From Candidatus Moraniibacteriota bacterium (GTDB lineage Bacteria; Patescibacteriota; Minisyncoccia; CAIUEV01; JAHKAQ01), in assembly GCA_014729795.1 (NCBI GenBank), contig WJJI01000021.1, positions 1 through 57,471 on the forward strand: 57,471 bases of DNA, written 5' to 3'. Shown here piece after piece: positions 43,120 through 52,815 of the stretch. The notes beneath the pieces are model-generated. The model had not been told where the DNA came from. It was given only the letters and a program-made list of their open reading frames with translations, and ran no database searches. Both the position numbers and the translations under genes were made by a program. The stretch's first letter is position 1. Each line of letters opens with the position of its first letter.

Positions 43120-43194
43120 TGCCCGGTAGCCAAGCGGTAAGGCAGGGGCCTTTGAAGCCTCGATTCGCAGGTTCGAATCCTGCCCGGGCAACCA
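43120..43194 (+). tRNA. tRNA-Gln (TTG)
   Basis: TGCCCGG/CCGGGCA acceptor stem with U1-A72; anticodon loop CT-TTG-AA; GGTTCGAATCC; encoded CCA. Confidence 0.95.
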
Positions 43195-43248
43195 TTTGAG
43201 ACTGAAATTACATGGATTAGGTTTTAAATTAATTAGTAATTTTTCCAT

Positions 43249-44520
43249 ATGAATAAGTTAAGCCAGATTTTTAAGGTAAAAGATTTGCGAAACAAAATAC
43301 TATCAATTTTGGGGATTTTAGTGGTTTTTAGATTAATGGCCTCGATTCCGGTGCCGGGGATAAATGTGGAAAAAGTGAAAGACTTCTTTTCCGGAGATCA
43401 ATTTTTTAGCATGCTCAATGTGTTTTCCGGAAGCGGTATGAGCAATTTTTCCATAGTAATGTTGGGAGTGGGGCCTTACATTACAGCCTCAATTATTATG
43501 CAGTTAATGACCATGGTTTTTCCTCAGGTAGAAAAGTGGTATCGAGAGGAAGGAGAAGCCGGCCGGCAAAAGTTTAACCAGATTACCAGGGTTTTAACCG
43601 TACCGATTTCAATTTTGCAGGGTTTTGCCATGATTAGTTATTTAAAAACCGCGCAAGTGATTGATAACCTAAACTGGTTTGAAACCGGCTTGATTGTAAT
43701 TACAGTGTGCGCGGGCACGATTTTTTTAATGTGGCTGGGAGAAATTATCACGGAAAAAGGCGTTGGCAATGGAGTTTCTTTATTGATTTTTGCCGGAATC
43801 GTGGCCGGGTTACCTAATTTTATTAAACAGCAGATAATAAGCTGGGATGAGTCGAAATTGATAACCTATTTGGCTTTTATCGCCGCGGTGATCGGGATTA
43901 TTTATTTGATTATATATGTGACAGAGGGTCAGCGGAATATTCCGGTTTCATACGCTAAAAGAATGCGAGGTTCTAAAATGATGGGCGGTAGCAATACATA
44001 CTTGCCGTTGAGAGTTAATATGGCCGGAGTTATCCCGATTATCTTTGCCATGTCAGTGATGTTTTTTCCTCAAGCGGTTTCGCTTTTGTTAAGCAAAATG
44101 GGTAACGAAACCTTGCAAAAAATCGGAATTGAGCTGGAGGCTTTTTTTAACAATACCTTGTACTACGGAATATTTTATTTTATGTTGGTGATCGGTTTCA
44201 CCTTTTTTTACACAAGAATTACCTTTCAACCAAAGAATATTGCGGAAAATTTGCAAAAAAACGGCGGTTATATTCCCGGAGTAAGGCCAGGCAAGACCAC
44301 AGAGCATTATCTGACAAGAATTGTGAATCGAATTACTTTATTTGGAGCGATTTTTTTAGGTTTAATCGCGGTTTTGCCTTATGTTATGCAGTTTGCAACC
44401 GATAATCGCTCGATGGCAATTGGCGGTACCAGTTTATTAATCGTAATCTCGGTAGTAATTGAAACTATTAAGCAAATTGAGGGGCAGCTGGTGATGAGAA
44501 GCTATGAGCGGATCGAGTAA
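43249..44520 (+). CDS. secY: Preprotein translocase subunit SecY
   Basis: LGVGPYITASII, GVGNGVSLLIFAGI, AGVIPIIFA, IPGVRPG, GGTSLLIV. Confidence 0.98.
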   Translation: MNKLSQIFKVKDLRNKILSILGILVVFRLMASIPVPGINVEKVKDFFSGDQFFSMLNVFSGSGMSNFSIVMLGVGPYITASIIMQLMTMVFPQVEKWYREEGEAGRQKFNQITRVLTVPISILQGFAMISYLKTAQVIDNLNWFETGLIVITVCAGTIFLMWLGEIITEKGVGNGVSLLIFAGIVAGLPNFIKQQIISWDESKLITYLAFIAAVIGIIYLIIYVTEGQRNIPVSYAKRMRGSKMMGGSNTYLPLRVNMAGVIPIIFAMSVMFFPQAVSLLLSKMGNETLQKIGIELEAFFNNTLYYGIFYFMLVIGFTFFYTRITFQPKNIAENLQKNGGYIPGVRPGKTTEHYLTRIVNRITLFGAIFLGLIAVLPYVMQFATDNRSMAIGGTSLLIVISVVIETIKQIEGQLVMRSYERIE

Positions 44521-44573
44521 ATTTAACTTACTTAAGCTTGCAAGTCGTGTTCAATTGTTATTAATTATTCTTC

Positions 44574-45857
44574 ATGAATCAAAATCCGGAAAAAAATCAT
44601 TTTTTAGTTTATTTTTTTATGGCCACCACGGTTTTAAGTTTTATCGCTGGTTTTTATTATGGGGGTAAAGAAATCGATGAAAGCTTAATAAGTAAAAGTC
44701 CGGAAAAGCAAGCGAATCAAGGAAAACAACAGAATTTACAACAAGATGATTTTCAGGATTTGAATCAGGCGCTTACGGTTTTAGACAAGAAATACATCAA
44801 GGAATTGCCGGACAAAGAACAGTTAAAGCAAGGAGCAATTGGCGGTTTGGTGGATTCATTAGACGATCCTTATACTTTGTACTTAAATCAGGAAGAATCA
44901 CAAGATTTTTTGACAGATATGGAAGGTAGCTTTGAAGGGATTGGAGCGGAGATTGGCATTCGCGATGAAATAATCACGGTAATCGCGCCTTTAGATGGAA
45001 TGCCGGCGCAGAAAGCCGGTTTAAAAGCCGGGGATAAAATATTAAAAATTGATGATCAGTCAACCGCGGATATGAACTTAGACGAAGCGGTTAAAAATAT
45101 ACGCGGTCCAAAAGGTACAAAAGTAAAACTGACTTTGTACCGAGAAGATAACGGCGCCGAACCTTTAGAAATAGAAATTGAAAGAGCCACTATTGATATT
45201 AAAAGCGTAGAATGGGAACTAAAGGAGAACGTTGCCTATATTAAAATTTCCGGTTTTTTGGAAGACACGGAAGAGGAGTTTGCTCAAGCGGCTCAGGAAA
45301 TAAGAGAATCCGAAGCGGAAAAAATTATCCTGGATTTGCGCAATAACCCCGGAGGTTATTTAAACACCGCTGTTGATCTCGCGGGTTATTTTCTAGAAAA
45401 GGGCTCATTGGTGGTAGAAGAGGATTATGGAGAGGATAATCAAGCCAGAAATCGCAAAGATTTCGCGACAGGAGATGAAGAACTGCTTGATTATCCGATA
45501 GTGGTATTGATAAACAAAGGCACCGCTTCAGCGGCTGAAATTTTGGCCGGGTCTATTCGAGATAACCGAGGGGTGAAATTGATCGGAGAAAAAAGCTTTG
45601 GCAAAGGTTCGGTTCAGGAATTAGAACCATTGGAAAGCGGAGGCTCAATAAAAGTAACGGTAGCAAATTGGCTAACTCCGGATGGAGTAAATCTTAATGA
45701 AGATGGTTTAACTGTTGATATTGAAGTAAAGGCTGATTCCAAAGAACCGGAACAAGAGCAAGAGGCACAGGAAGAAGACATTGAAGAAAATGATAATCGG
45801 CAACAAAGTCAAGATGAGGTTGATCCGGTTTTGCAGCGAGCCTTGCAAGAATTATAA
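44574..45857 (+). CDS. S41A carboxy-terminal processing protease (CtpA/Prc-like)
   Basis: PDZ GIGAEI, LDLRNNPGG, TASAAEI, SFGKGSVQ. Confidence 0.93.
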   Translation: MNQNPEKNHFLVYFFMATTVLSFIAGFYYGGKEIDESLISKSPEKQANQGKQQNLQQDDFQDLNQALTVLDKKYIKELPDKEQLKQGAIGGLVDSLDDPYTLYLNQEESQDFLTDMEGSFEGIGAEIGIRDEIITVIAPLDGMPAQKAGLKAGDKILKIDDQSTADMNLDEAVKNIRGPKGTKVKLTLYREDNGAEPLEIEIERATIDIKSVEWELKENVAYIKISGFLEDTEEEFAQAAQEIRESEAEKIILDLRNNPGGYLNTAVDLAGYFLEKGSLVVEEDYGEDNQARNRKDFATGDEELLDYPIVVLINKGTASAAEILAGSIRDNRGVKLIGEKSFGKGSVQELEPLESGGSIKVTVANWLTPDGVNLNEDGLTVDIEVKADSKEPEQEQEAQEEDIEENDNRQQSQDEVDPVLQRALQEL

Positions 45858-45866
45858 TTATAAATT

Positions 45867-46349
45867 TTAAGCCAAAGCCTTAATTTTTTTAGCAAGTTTG
45901 GCCAGTTTTTGATCATCTGCTCTTTGGTAATCATGAGAGGAGATATAGCCCGGGTACTGTTGGAAATATTTATTAAGAGGTTGGGCTAGTTTTTTCCAAG
46001 CGTCTGTTTTGGTACCATGCATAGGGAAAAGCTTGGCATGAATATGATCAACCCCAAAACCTTCAAAGATTAAACCAGTGCGTCCGACATCATCAAAGGC
46101 CTTATCTAAAAGCAAACCTACTTTTTTAGTCGCTTTGACTAGACCGCATAAAACACGATCTTCTAAAGCAAAAGCATAGCTTGGGTAGTGTTTTTTAGGG
46201 ATTACTACGGAAAAGCCTTGAGTGTTGGGAAAAATAGAAAGAAAAGCCAAGTAGTGTTGATCTTGGTAAATCTCATGACAAGGCATTTTACCTTGAACAA
46301 TTTGGCAAAATATACAATTTCGGTTACCGGTTTGGTTTTTGTTTGACAT
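45867..46349 (-). CDS. HIT family protein
   Basis: CIFCQI, VVIPKKH, variant triad VDHIHAKL. Confidence 0.85.
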   Translation of the reverse strand: MSNKNQTGNRNCIFCQIVQGKMPCHEIYQDQHYLAFLSIFPNTQGFSVVIPKKHYPSYAFALEDRVLCGLVKATKKVGLLLDKAFDDVGRTGLIFEGFGVDHIHAKLFPMHGTKTDAWKKLAQPLNKYFQQYPGYISSHDYQRADDQKLAKLAKKIKALA

Positions 46350-46443
46350 AGGAATTGAAGTTAATAATTAATGTGAATATCTATTTGATCGAGCGCTTGG
46401 CTTTATGATTATGAAAAGCCATTAAAGAATAAGCTTGTTTTTT

Positions 46444-47007
46444 TTAATCAAATTGTTCGACCCATTGTTTAAAAGTTGCAATTTTTTCTTGAGAAAAATC
46501 AAATGACCGGATTTGTTTTAGAATATCAGTTTGGGTTTCTTTTTCAAATAAGCGACCCGGTTTTTTGGAATAAAATAAATCGGCATAACTGATGATCTTT
46601 TGTTCTAAAGTGGAAGGTAAAAAATTTTGTTTTGGTAGCGGCCAGCTATGTTTTTGGATCTCCTGTTTTTTTAATCCGACTCCGATGTGATTAGCAGCTA
46701 CTTGAGCATGTTTTGGAAGATTTTCTTGAATTAAAATTTTACTACCCCAATATCCATGACCTAGATAAAAGTTTTGTTTTTTAATCAAAGGTAAAAAACG
46801 ATCTTGATTGTTGGGAATATCCGGTAAATTAAAACCGATGTCATGCAGTAAAGCTGCTTGGTGAATAAACTCTTGGTCCGCTTCAGGGTATTTTTCTTTG
46901 GCTATGCTTAAAGCCAGATTAGCTACAAGTATGCTGTGAATTATAAGAATTTGATAATTTTTTGAATTCGGGTTATGATATTGATTAATAATTTGAAAGG
47001 GTTGCAT
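46444..47007 (-). CDS. HD-domain phosphohydrolase
   Basis: HS...AALLHDIG...GHG...NHIG...YADLFY. Confidence 0.85.
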   Translation of the reverse strand: MQPFQIINQYHNPNSKNYQILIIHSILVANLALSIAKEKYPEADQEFIHQAALLHDIGFNLPDIPNNQDRFLPLIKKQNFYLGHGYWGSKILIQENLPKHAQVAANHIGVGLKKQEIQKHSWPLPKQNFLPSTLEQKIISYADLFYSKKPGRLFEKETQTDILKQIRSFDFSQEKIATFKQWVEQFD

Positions 47008-47209
47008 ACAGGAAATTGCATTAAAAGGTTAAATACGATTATATAATAAATTATACACAAAAAAAGACAAAACAAAAGAAAAATTATTAATCGCGTGAGC
47101 CCCAGGAGTTTAGCTCGGGGTATTTAAATGATTCACGGGTTTGGAAATTCTTTGAGAAAACCCCTTTTTACTTAGGGATCGTTACCCATTAAATTAATTA
47201 CCAATAAAT

Positions 47210-47473
47210 ATGTTAGATTGCTACCAAACTTTAGGAATTGAGCCAAGCGCGGATTTGGCTCAGATTAAAAAAGCTTATCGAGGTTTGTTGTTTAAGCATC
47301 ATCCGGATAAAGGCGGTGACCATTATGATTGTCTTAGGATAAATCAAGCCTATAAGCAGGCTTGCCAAAGATTAGAGCAGAACCAAGAACAAAGAAGTTT
47401 CTTTGTAGCCACGGGCTTGCTGATACTTGGCGGATTGGTTTTTTTGTGGTTAAGCGACTCGCAAAGCGAATAA
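47210..47473 (+). CDS. Small J-domain protein with C-terminal TM
   Basis: YQTLG...IKKAYR...HHPDKGG...INQAY plus hydrophobic tail. Confidence 0.85.
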   Translation: MLDCYQTLGIEPSADLAQIKKAYRGLLFKHHPDKGGDHYDCLRINQAYKQACQRLEQNQEQRSFFVATGLLILGGLVFLWLSDSQSE

Positions 47474-47561
47474 AATCATGGCGGTTCCGAATTGATCAAA
47501 GTTGACAATTATTATTATTTCGGCTATAGACAGTAGAAAGGCTAAACAATTAATTTATTTC

Positions 47562-47915
47562 ATGCAATCAGACTTGCTAACCCAACAACAAAAAAGAAAC
47601 CCTAAAAAAACAGTGGCTCGGAAAACTAAATTTGTTAATACCGATTCTAAAAACAAAACCGGAAAAAAAGAATCAGAACAAATAGATCATTTGTACTTGG
47701 TTAGCGAAAATCAGGATCGAGAGGAAGGGGAAAGACTAAAAAGATTAATAATTGAGCTTTTAAACCCGGAAGAACAAAATCAATTTCAAAAACAAATTGA
47801 CGCGGAATTTGTTAATATTTTAGCAAGAGGGGTGCAATCTTATAGCTTGGCGGTTGAATTAGCCGCTCGGAATTGGGTGAATCGTTGGGATTATAATAAT
47901 TTTATTGACCGTTAA
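47562..47915 (+). CDS. Hypothetical protein
   Basis: ORF from the in-frame ATG at 47562; no recognised motif. Confidence 0.5.
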   Translation: MQSDLLTQQQKRNPKKTVARKTKFVNTDSKNKTGKKESEQIDHLYLVSENQDREEGERLKRLIIELLNPEEQNQFQKQIDAEFVNILARGVQSYSLAVELAARNWVNRWDYNNFIDR

Positions 47916-48065
47916 AGCCAAAAGGACAGATTATCCCAGGATTGTTAGTCGAGAAGCTTGATAATATCGGGTTATTTTTTCTGTTTACCAATAATATGGT
48001 TTAAGGCTAAAGGAGTTGATAATAATTTGTAATGAATAATAGTTTTTTTGTGTTGATCAAAAAAA

Positions 48066-49019
48066 CTAGGTTTTAGGGTCGGATTCATCCTGGATTTCAA
48101 AACGAAATACCTCTTCGATAATATCTTCCATGGTGATAACTCCGAGAAATTTTTTTTGAGAGTCAATCACCGGCGCAATATGAATTCTTTTTTTGGCGAA
48201 AGTGTTCAAAAGGGTACCGATTCTGGTGTTAGGCGTGGTTTTGATAAGCTTGTCTTTTCTGGCAATGGAGTCGATTCTTTTGCCTGATTTTTGCAGCAAG
48301 TCTTTCACAAAGAGAATACTAGTGATTTGATTGGCGGAAGCTCGGTAAACCGGGATACGAGAATAGCCGCTTTGATTGATTTTTATTAGTAATCGGGGAG
48401 TGATTCTAGTTTTTTCCGATAAGAGCAATACTTGATTTTTTGGAGTCATGATGTGCTTGACCTTTTTTTTGGAAAAAGAAAGCGCGCCTAAAATAATTTG
48501 CTCTTCTTTAGTGTTAAGATCGGATATTTTAGAATCTTCATGAAATTTGATAATTTCTTTAAGCTCGGCTCTGGACCAAATTGTGGGGGTCTCGGTTCCT
48601 AAAATTTTATCCAGTAGCCAAGCCAGGGGCGCGGCTAAAGGATAAAGCAGTATGATAAAGAATTTAATTAAATCGGCGGATTTGGAGCCAATACTCATGG
48701 CAAATCGTGAAACCACGGCTTGAGGAAAAATTTCACCAAAAATAACAATCAAGCTGGTGGCGATAATTCCGGCTACAAGACCATTGAGCAGGCTACCCAA
48801 AATAATCGAGAGAGCGGAGTTGACCGCGACATTACCAATCAGGAGAGTGCAAAGCAAAAGATTAGGATTTTTGCGAACCGAGAGTATTTTTTTAGCTTGT
48901 TTGTTGTTAAGCCGAGCTTTACGTTCAAGTTCGGTTTTATTTAGACTAAAAAAACCCAGAGTTAACCCGGAAAATAAACCTGATAGGATGATTAATAAAA
49001 ATGAAATAAGAAAACTCAC
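48066..49019 (-). CDS. CNNM/DUF21 + CBS-pair membrane protein
   Basis: SGLFSGLTLG, LLIGNVAVN, FGEIFPQ, GYSRIPVY, GVITMEDIIEE. Confidence 0.9.
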   Translation of the reverse strand: MSFLISFLLIILSGLFSGLTLGFFSLNKTELERKARLNNKQAKKILSVRKNPNLLLCTLLIGNVAVNSALSIILGSLLNGLVAGIIATSLIVIFGEIFPQAVVSRFAMSIGSKSADLIKFFIILLYPLAAPLAWLLDKILGTETPTIWSRAELKEIIKFHEDSKISDLNTKEEQIILGALSFSKKKVKHIMTPKNQVLLLSEKTRITPRLLIKINQSGYSRIPVYRASANQITSILFVKDLLQKSGKRIDSIARKDKLIKTTPNTRIGTLLNTFAKKRIHIAPVIDSQKKFLGVITMEDIIEEVFRFEIQDESDPKT

Positions 49020-49345
49020 AGATTTAGGAATTTATTAGGGCGAAGCAGTCTTATAAATTTGATAAGACCGTTTAGCCGCGTGTTTATTAGTTTAAATTAA
49101 ACAATTTGATGAAAGTCATTTATATTGTTGGTTATTGATCTTTAAACTCGAAACTCGACTTTTTTTGATTGCTTGGATTTGTCTCAGACTGAGAGTTTAT
49201 CGGCAATAAAATATATTGATAGTCATCCAAAGTTTATTTTTTGGAAATTAATCTAAGAATTTTCAGCAAGAAGCCGTAAATCTTGATTTGACTCTATGTA
49301 TATTATAATAGAAAATAGGTAGATAAATCAATATTATTATTTAAT

Positions 49346-50674
49346 ATGAAGGAAATTAAAAATTCGGCTTTAGAATACCATGGTAAAAACCCGCCCGGGA
49401 AAATAGCCACCAAGATAACAAAATCTTGTAGAAATCAAAGAGATTTAAGTTTGGCTTATTCTCCCGGGGTGGCAGAGGTAAGCATGGCTATCGCTAAGAA
49501 TCCAAAGAGGCTAAACCAATATACTAACCGGGGCAATTATATCGCGGTGATAACCGATGGAAGTGCGATTTTAGGTTTAGGCGATTTAGGTCCGGAGGCG
49601 GCTTATCCGGTAATGGAGGGCAAAGCCTTGCTTTTTAAGAAATTTGCCGATGTTGATGCTTCACCGATTTGTTTGAATATAGCGGGAGCGGATGACTCGG
49701 CTAAAAAAAAGCGTTTGGTTAAGACTGTAAAGGCGCTGGAACCAACGTTTGGCGGAATTAATCTAGAGGATATTAAAGCGCCAGCATGTTTTGAAATCGA
49801 GCAACAACTTAAAAAGAATTTAAAAATTCCAGTGTTTCATGATGATCAACATGGAACCGCTATTATAACTTTAGCCGCTTTATTCAATGCCTTGGAGCTG
49901 ACAGGCAAGAGAATTCAGGAGGTAAAATGCGTGTTTTTAGGAGCCGGGGCGGCCGGAATCGCAACCGCTTCTTTATTTGCGCGAGCAGGAGTTTTAAAGC
50001 GTAACATTATTATGAGCGATTCCACCGGGATTTTGCATCAAGATCGGAAAAAGAATATGAATAAATATAAAAGACAATGGGCAACAAAAATTCAATGTCG
50101 ATCTTTAAAGCAAGCCATGCGGGGCGCTGATGTTTTTGTGGGGGTATCCGGGAGGGATTTGGTAACTCAGGCAATGGTAAAGTCCATGAACGTGAAACCG
50201 ATTATCTTTGCCATGGCCAATCCTTGGCCGGAAATTAAGCCGGAAAAAGCTAAACAAGCCGGCGCTTTCGTGGTGGGGACCGGACGGTCAGATTATGAGA
50301 ATCAAATAAATAATGTTTTGGGTTTCCCGGGGGTTTTTCGAGGAGTTTTAGATACACATGCCAGAGAAATTAACGATCAAATGAAAATTGCCGCGGCTCA
50401 GGCTTTGGCGCAATTGGCTAAAGAACCGATACCGGCAAAGGTTAAAAATGAATTGAAAAGGGCTTACGCTAAGGAGGCAAAACATGGGATTTTTGATCAA
50501 AAAAATCCCTTGGCGCCGAATTACGTAATTCCTAAACCATTAGACTCGAGAGTGGCTCCTCGGGTAGCCAGAGAGGTAGCTAAGGCCGCTATGGAAACAC
50601 GAGTGGCTCAAAAAAGCATTGAAAACCGGACTAAATACGAGAAACAAATAGCGATGAGACTGGCCGCGGTTTAA
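49346..50674 (+). CDS. NAD(P)-dependent malic enzyme (no PTA domain)
   Basis: AYSPGVA, DGSAILGLG, MEGKALLFK, FHDDQHGTA, GAGAAG, TGRSDYENQINNVLGFPG. Confidence 0.93.
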   Translation: MKEIKNSALEYHGKNPPGKIATKITKSCRNQRDLSLAYSPGVAEVSMAIAKNPKRLNQYTNRGNYIAVITDGSAILGLGDLGPEAAYPVMEGKALLFKKFADVDASPICLNIAGADDSAKKKRLVKTVKALEPTFGGINLEDIKAPACFEIEQQLKKNLKIPVFHDDQHGTAIITLAALFNALELTGKRIQEVKCVFLGAGAAGIATASLFARAGVLKRNIIMSDSTGILHQDRKKNMNKYKRQWATKIQCRSLKQAMRGADVFVGVSGRDLVTQAMVKSMNVKPIIFAMANPWPEIKPEKAKQAGAFVVGTGRSDYENQINNVLGFPGVFRGVLDTHAREINDQMKIAAAQALAQLAKEPIPAKVKNELKRAYAKEAKHGIFDQKNPLAPNYVIPKPLDSRVAPRVAREVAKAAMETRVAQKSIENRTKYEKQIAMRLAAV

Positions 50675-51823
50675 ATAATAAGAAACAGCCAAAACAAGAC
50701 AGCCAGGTCATTTTTTCAGTAAGAACAGTCAATTAGGCTTGTGATTAAAAAAAAGATTAAAATGGAATTGATAATAACTCGAGAAGGTTTAAGTTGAGGT
50801 TAGTTTGAGTTTTTTTAATTATAGCCAACCAAATAAGCACTATTCTTACAAAACTAAACAGCCCGCCTTCCAACCAAGACTGAACCAACAGATTGTGAGC
50901 ATGAGGGATAGCTTTTTCCGGATAAGAGCCGAGAAATTTTTAATAATCCAGAAAGAATGATTAAAGTTGTTGGCGCCAATACCAAATAGCCAATGATTTT
51001 GAATAATTTTTCCGGAAATTTGATAAACTACCAAACGAGCATCGGCGGAGTTTTTTTGGTTAAGTAAGTTTGTTTGGTAAAATATAGCCAAGATTGTCGC
51101 TATAAGAGCGCCTAAAGATTGAGTAAGCAGCAAGAGGATAAAAAAAATCAAGCTAAGCAAACAATAAAAAAACCGGATTTTCTTTGTCCGCGGGCTAAGA
51201 ACAATGAACAGATCACAGCGAGTCCCAGATGAAAGGCAAGATAATTAGGGTGTCCGAATAAAACCGGTCTTTGGTGGTAACTAAAAAAAGTGGTAAGGTG
51301 ATAGTAATAGGAGTGAAAAGGTTCTATCAGGTTTTGAATCGGGGTGAGGTTAGAAAAAAATAAATACTTAAACATAAGCCAAGCACTAAAAAGACAATGG
51401 TTGATAGAAAATAAGCGCGAAGAATAGTCGTTAGTTTTAAACACCGGGTTTGAAGCAAGTATTTAATAGCGAGTTTGAAAATAATCGGGATTACGTAGAA
51501 ATTAAAAATCAGACTAATAGAAAGGATTGCTTCCAGTTGGCTTAAGTTGACTAAAAAAGAGATGACGAGGTCGGTTAAAAAAAGAATTAATCCGGCAAAG
51601 AGTAAAGATCTTGAACGCAAAGAATTTAGCAAATATTGTAGAAATCTTATGGATTTGATTTGGATAAAATGAAAGCCAAAAAGATGCCGATTACAAAATT
51701 AAGAGCATTAATTGAATTATGCTCCTGAATTAATGAGAGGCGCAGGATATAGAGCGGTAAAATGAGAAAAATCGCTAAACCAAGTAAAGGTAATACTTTG
51801 CTTTTATTGCGAAAATAAAGCAT
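50671..51823 (-). pseudogene. O-antigen ligase/Wzy_C-like pseudogene
   Basis: Hydrophobic fragments in shifting frames carry FGHPNYLA, WLFGIG, PHAHNLLVQSWLEGGL and LIDCSY*KNDLAVLFWLF. There are several frameshifts and in-frame stops. Confidence 0.8.
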
Positions 51824-52002
51824 GGAAATAATTAACTGAGTGATTTTAGTCGAGACAGGCTTTGAGTAGCAATTTACTGTATGGTTGTTTTATCAGACAC
51901 AATCACATTATTGATAAAAAACGAACAATTGGCAATAATGGAACCAGAACCAAAAAGGTTTTTTAAAGCTAAGCTTAATAATCTAAATAATTAAAAAATA
52001 TT

Positions 52003-52281
52003 ATGCACGAACAAGAACATTTTACCAAGGAACAAGCTAAAGAAATTGGAAAAAAATTGGGCATTGATTGGAGTAATTTTGACGTGGAGCAGTTTCGGCA
52101 CGGTATGGATGTTGAACTAGAGCATGGCAGCCACGATCCAAACACGGATGTTTCCGGAGATGATCCAATGATCACAGGAAAGATTACCCTGGCGCATTTA
52201 AATGAATTTCCGGATTATTATGACCGTTTGGATAAAATGGAGCATGAGGCTCATGAATATTGGGATAATCAGGAAGGATAA
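52003..52281 (+). CDS. DUF5661-like small protein
   Basis: GMDVELEHG ... KITLAHLNEFPDYYDRL. Confidence 0.7.
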   Translation: MHEQEHFTKEQAKEIGKKLGIDWSNFDVEQFRHGMDVELEHGSHDPNTDVSGDDPMITGKITLAHLNEFPDYYDRLDKMEHEAHEYWDNQEG

Positions 52282-52322
52282 AGATTGAGTCGCGCTGTTT
52301 AATTTAACATTGAATTTGTTTA

Positions 52323-52784
52323 ATGATTAAGTGTACATTTAGCAATGGCAATCGGACCGATAGTTTAAGGCACGTGGTTATGGATGCAGTTGTGGAAAAA
52401 AATAAGCGGATATTGTTAATAGAAAGAGCGGATTTTTTGGAGACCGAACCAGGGAAATTAGCTTTGCCTGGCGGGTATTTGGAAAAAAATGAAACCACAA
52501 AACAGGGAATTTTGCGGGAATTGCAAGAAGAAACCGGTTTAACCGGTAAGGTGATCCGACTTTATAAAATTTTGGATAAACCAGATCGAACCGGAGACTT
52601 AGGAAGACAAAATGTTAGTTTTGTGTATTTAATTAAACCGTTTAAAAAAGTGGCGGAACCTGATCAAGAGAGCAAGAAAGCGTATTGGTTAACGTATGCT
52701 GAAATAAATCGGAAAAAGCATTTGATTGGCTTTGATCATTATAAAAGAATTTTAAAGCCATATATTCAAGAGCGGGTCAATTAA
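52323..52784 (+). CDS. NUDIX hydrolase
   Basis: Nudix box GGYLEKNETTKQGILRELQEETGL. Confidence 0.92.
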   Translation: MIKCTFSNGNRTDSLRHVVMDAVVEKNKRILLIERADFLETEPGKLALPGGYLEKNETTKQGILRELQEETGLTGKVIRLYKILDKPDRTGDLGRQNVSFVYLIKPFKKVAEPDQESKKAYWLTYAEINRKKHLIGFDHYKRILKPYIQERVN

Positions 52785-52815
52785 TCTAGATTTATAAATA
52801 TTGGATTAATGAATA

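Noticed and set aside
50671..50760. TGA recoding (code 4 or 25) suggested by the in-frame TGA in SY*KNDL
   Set aside because: TGA ends intact genes (15913, 22312, rtcB at 53991), long genes need no read-through, and this locus has other lesions.
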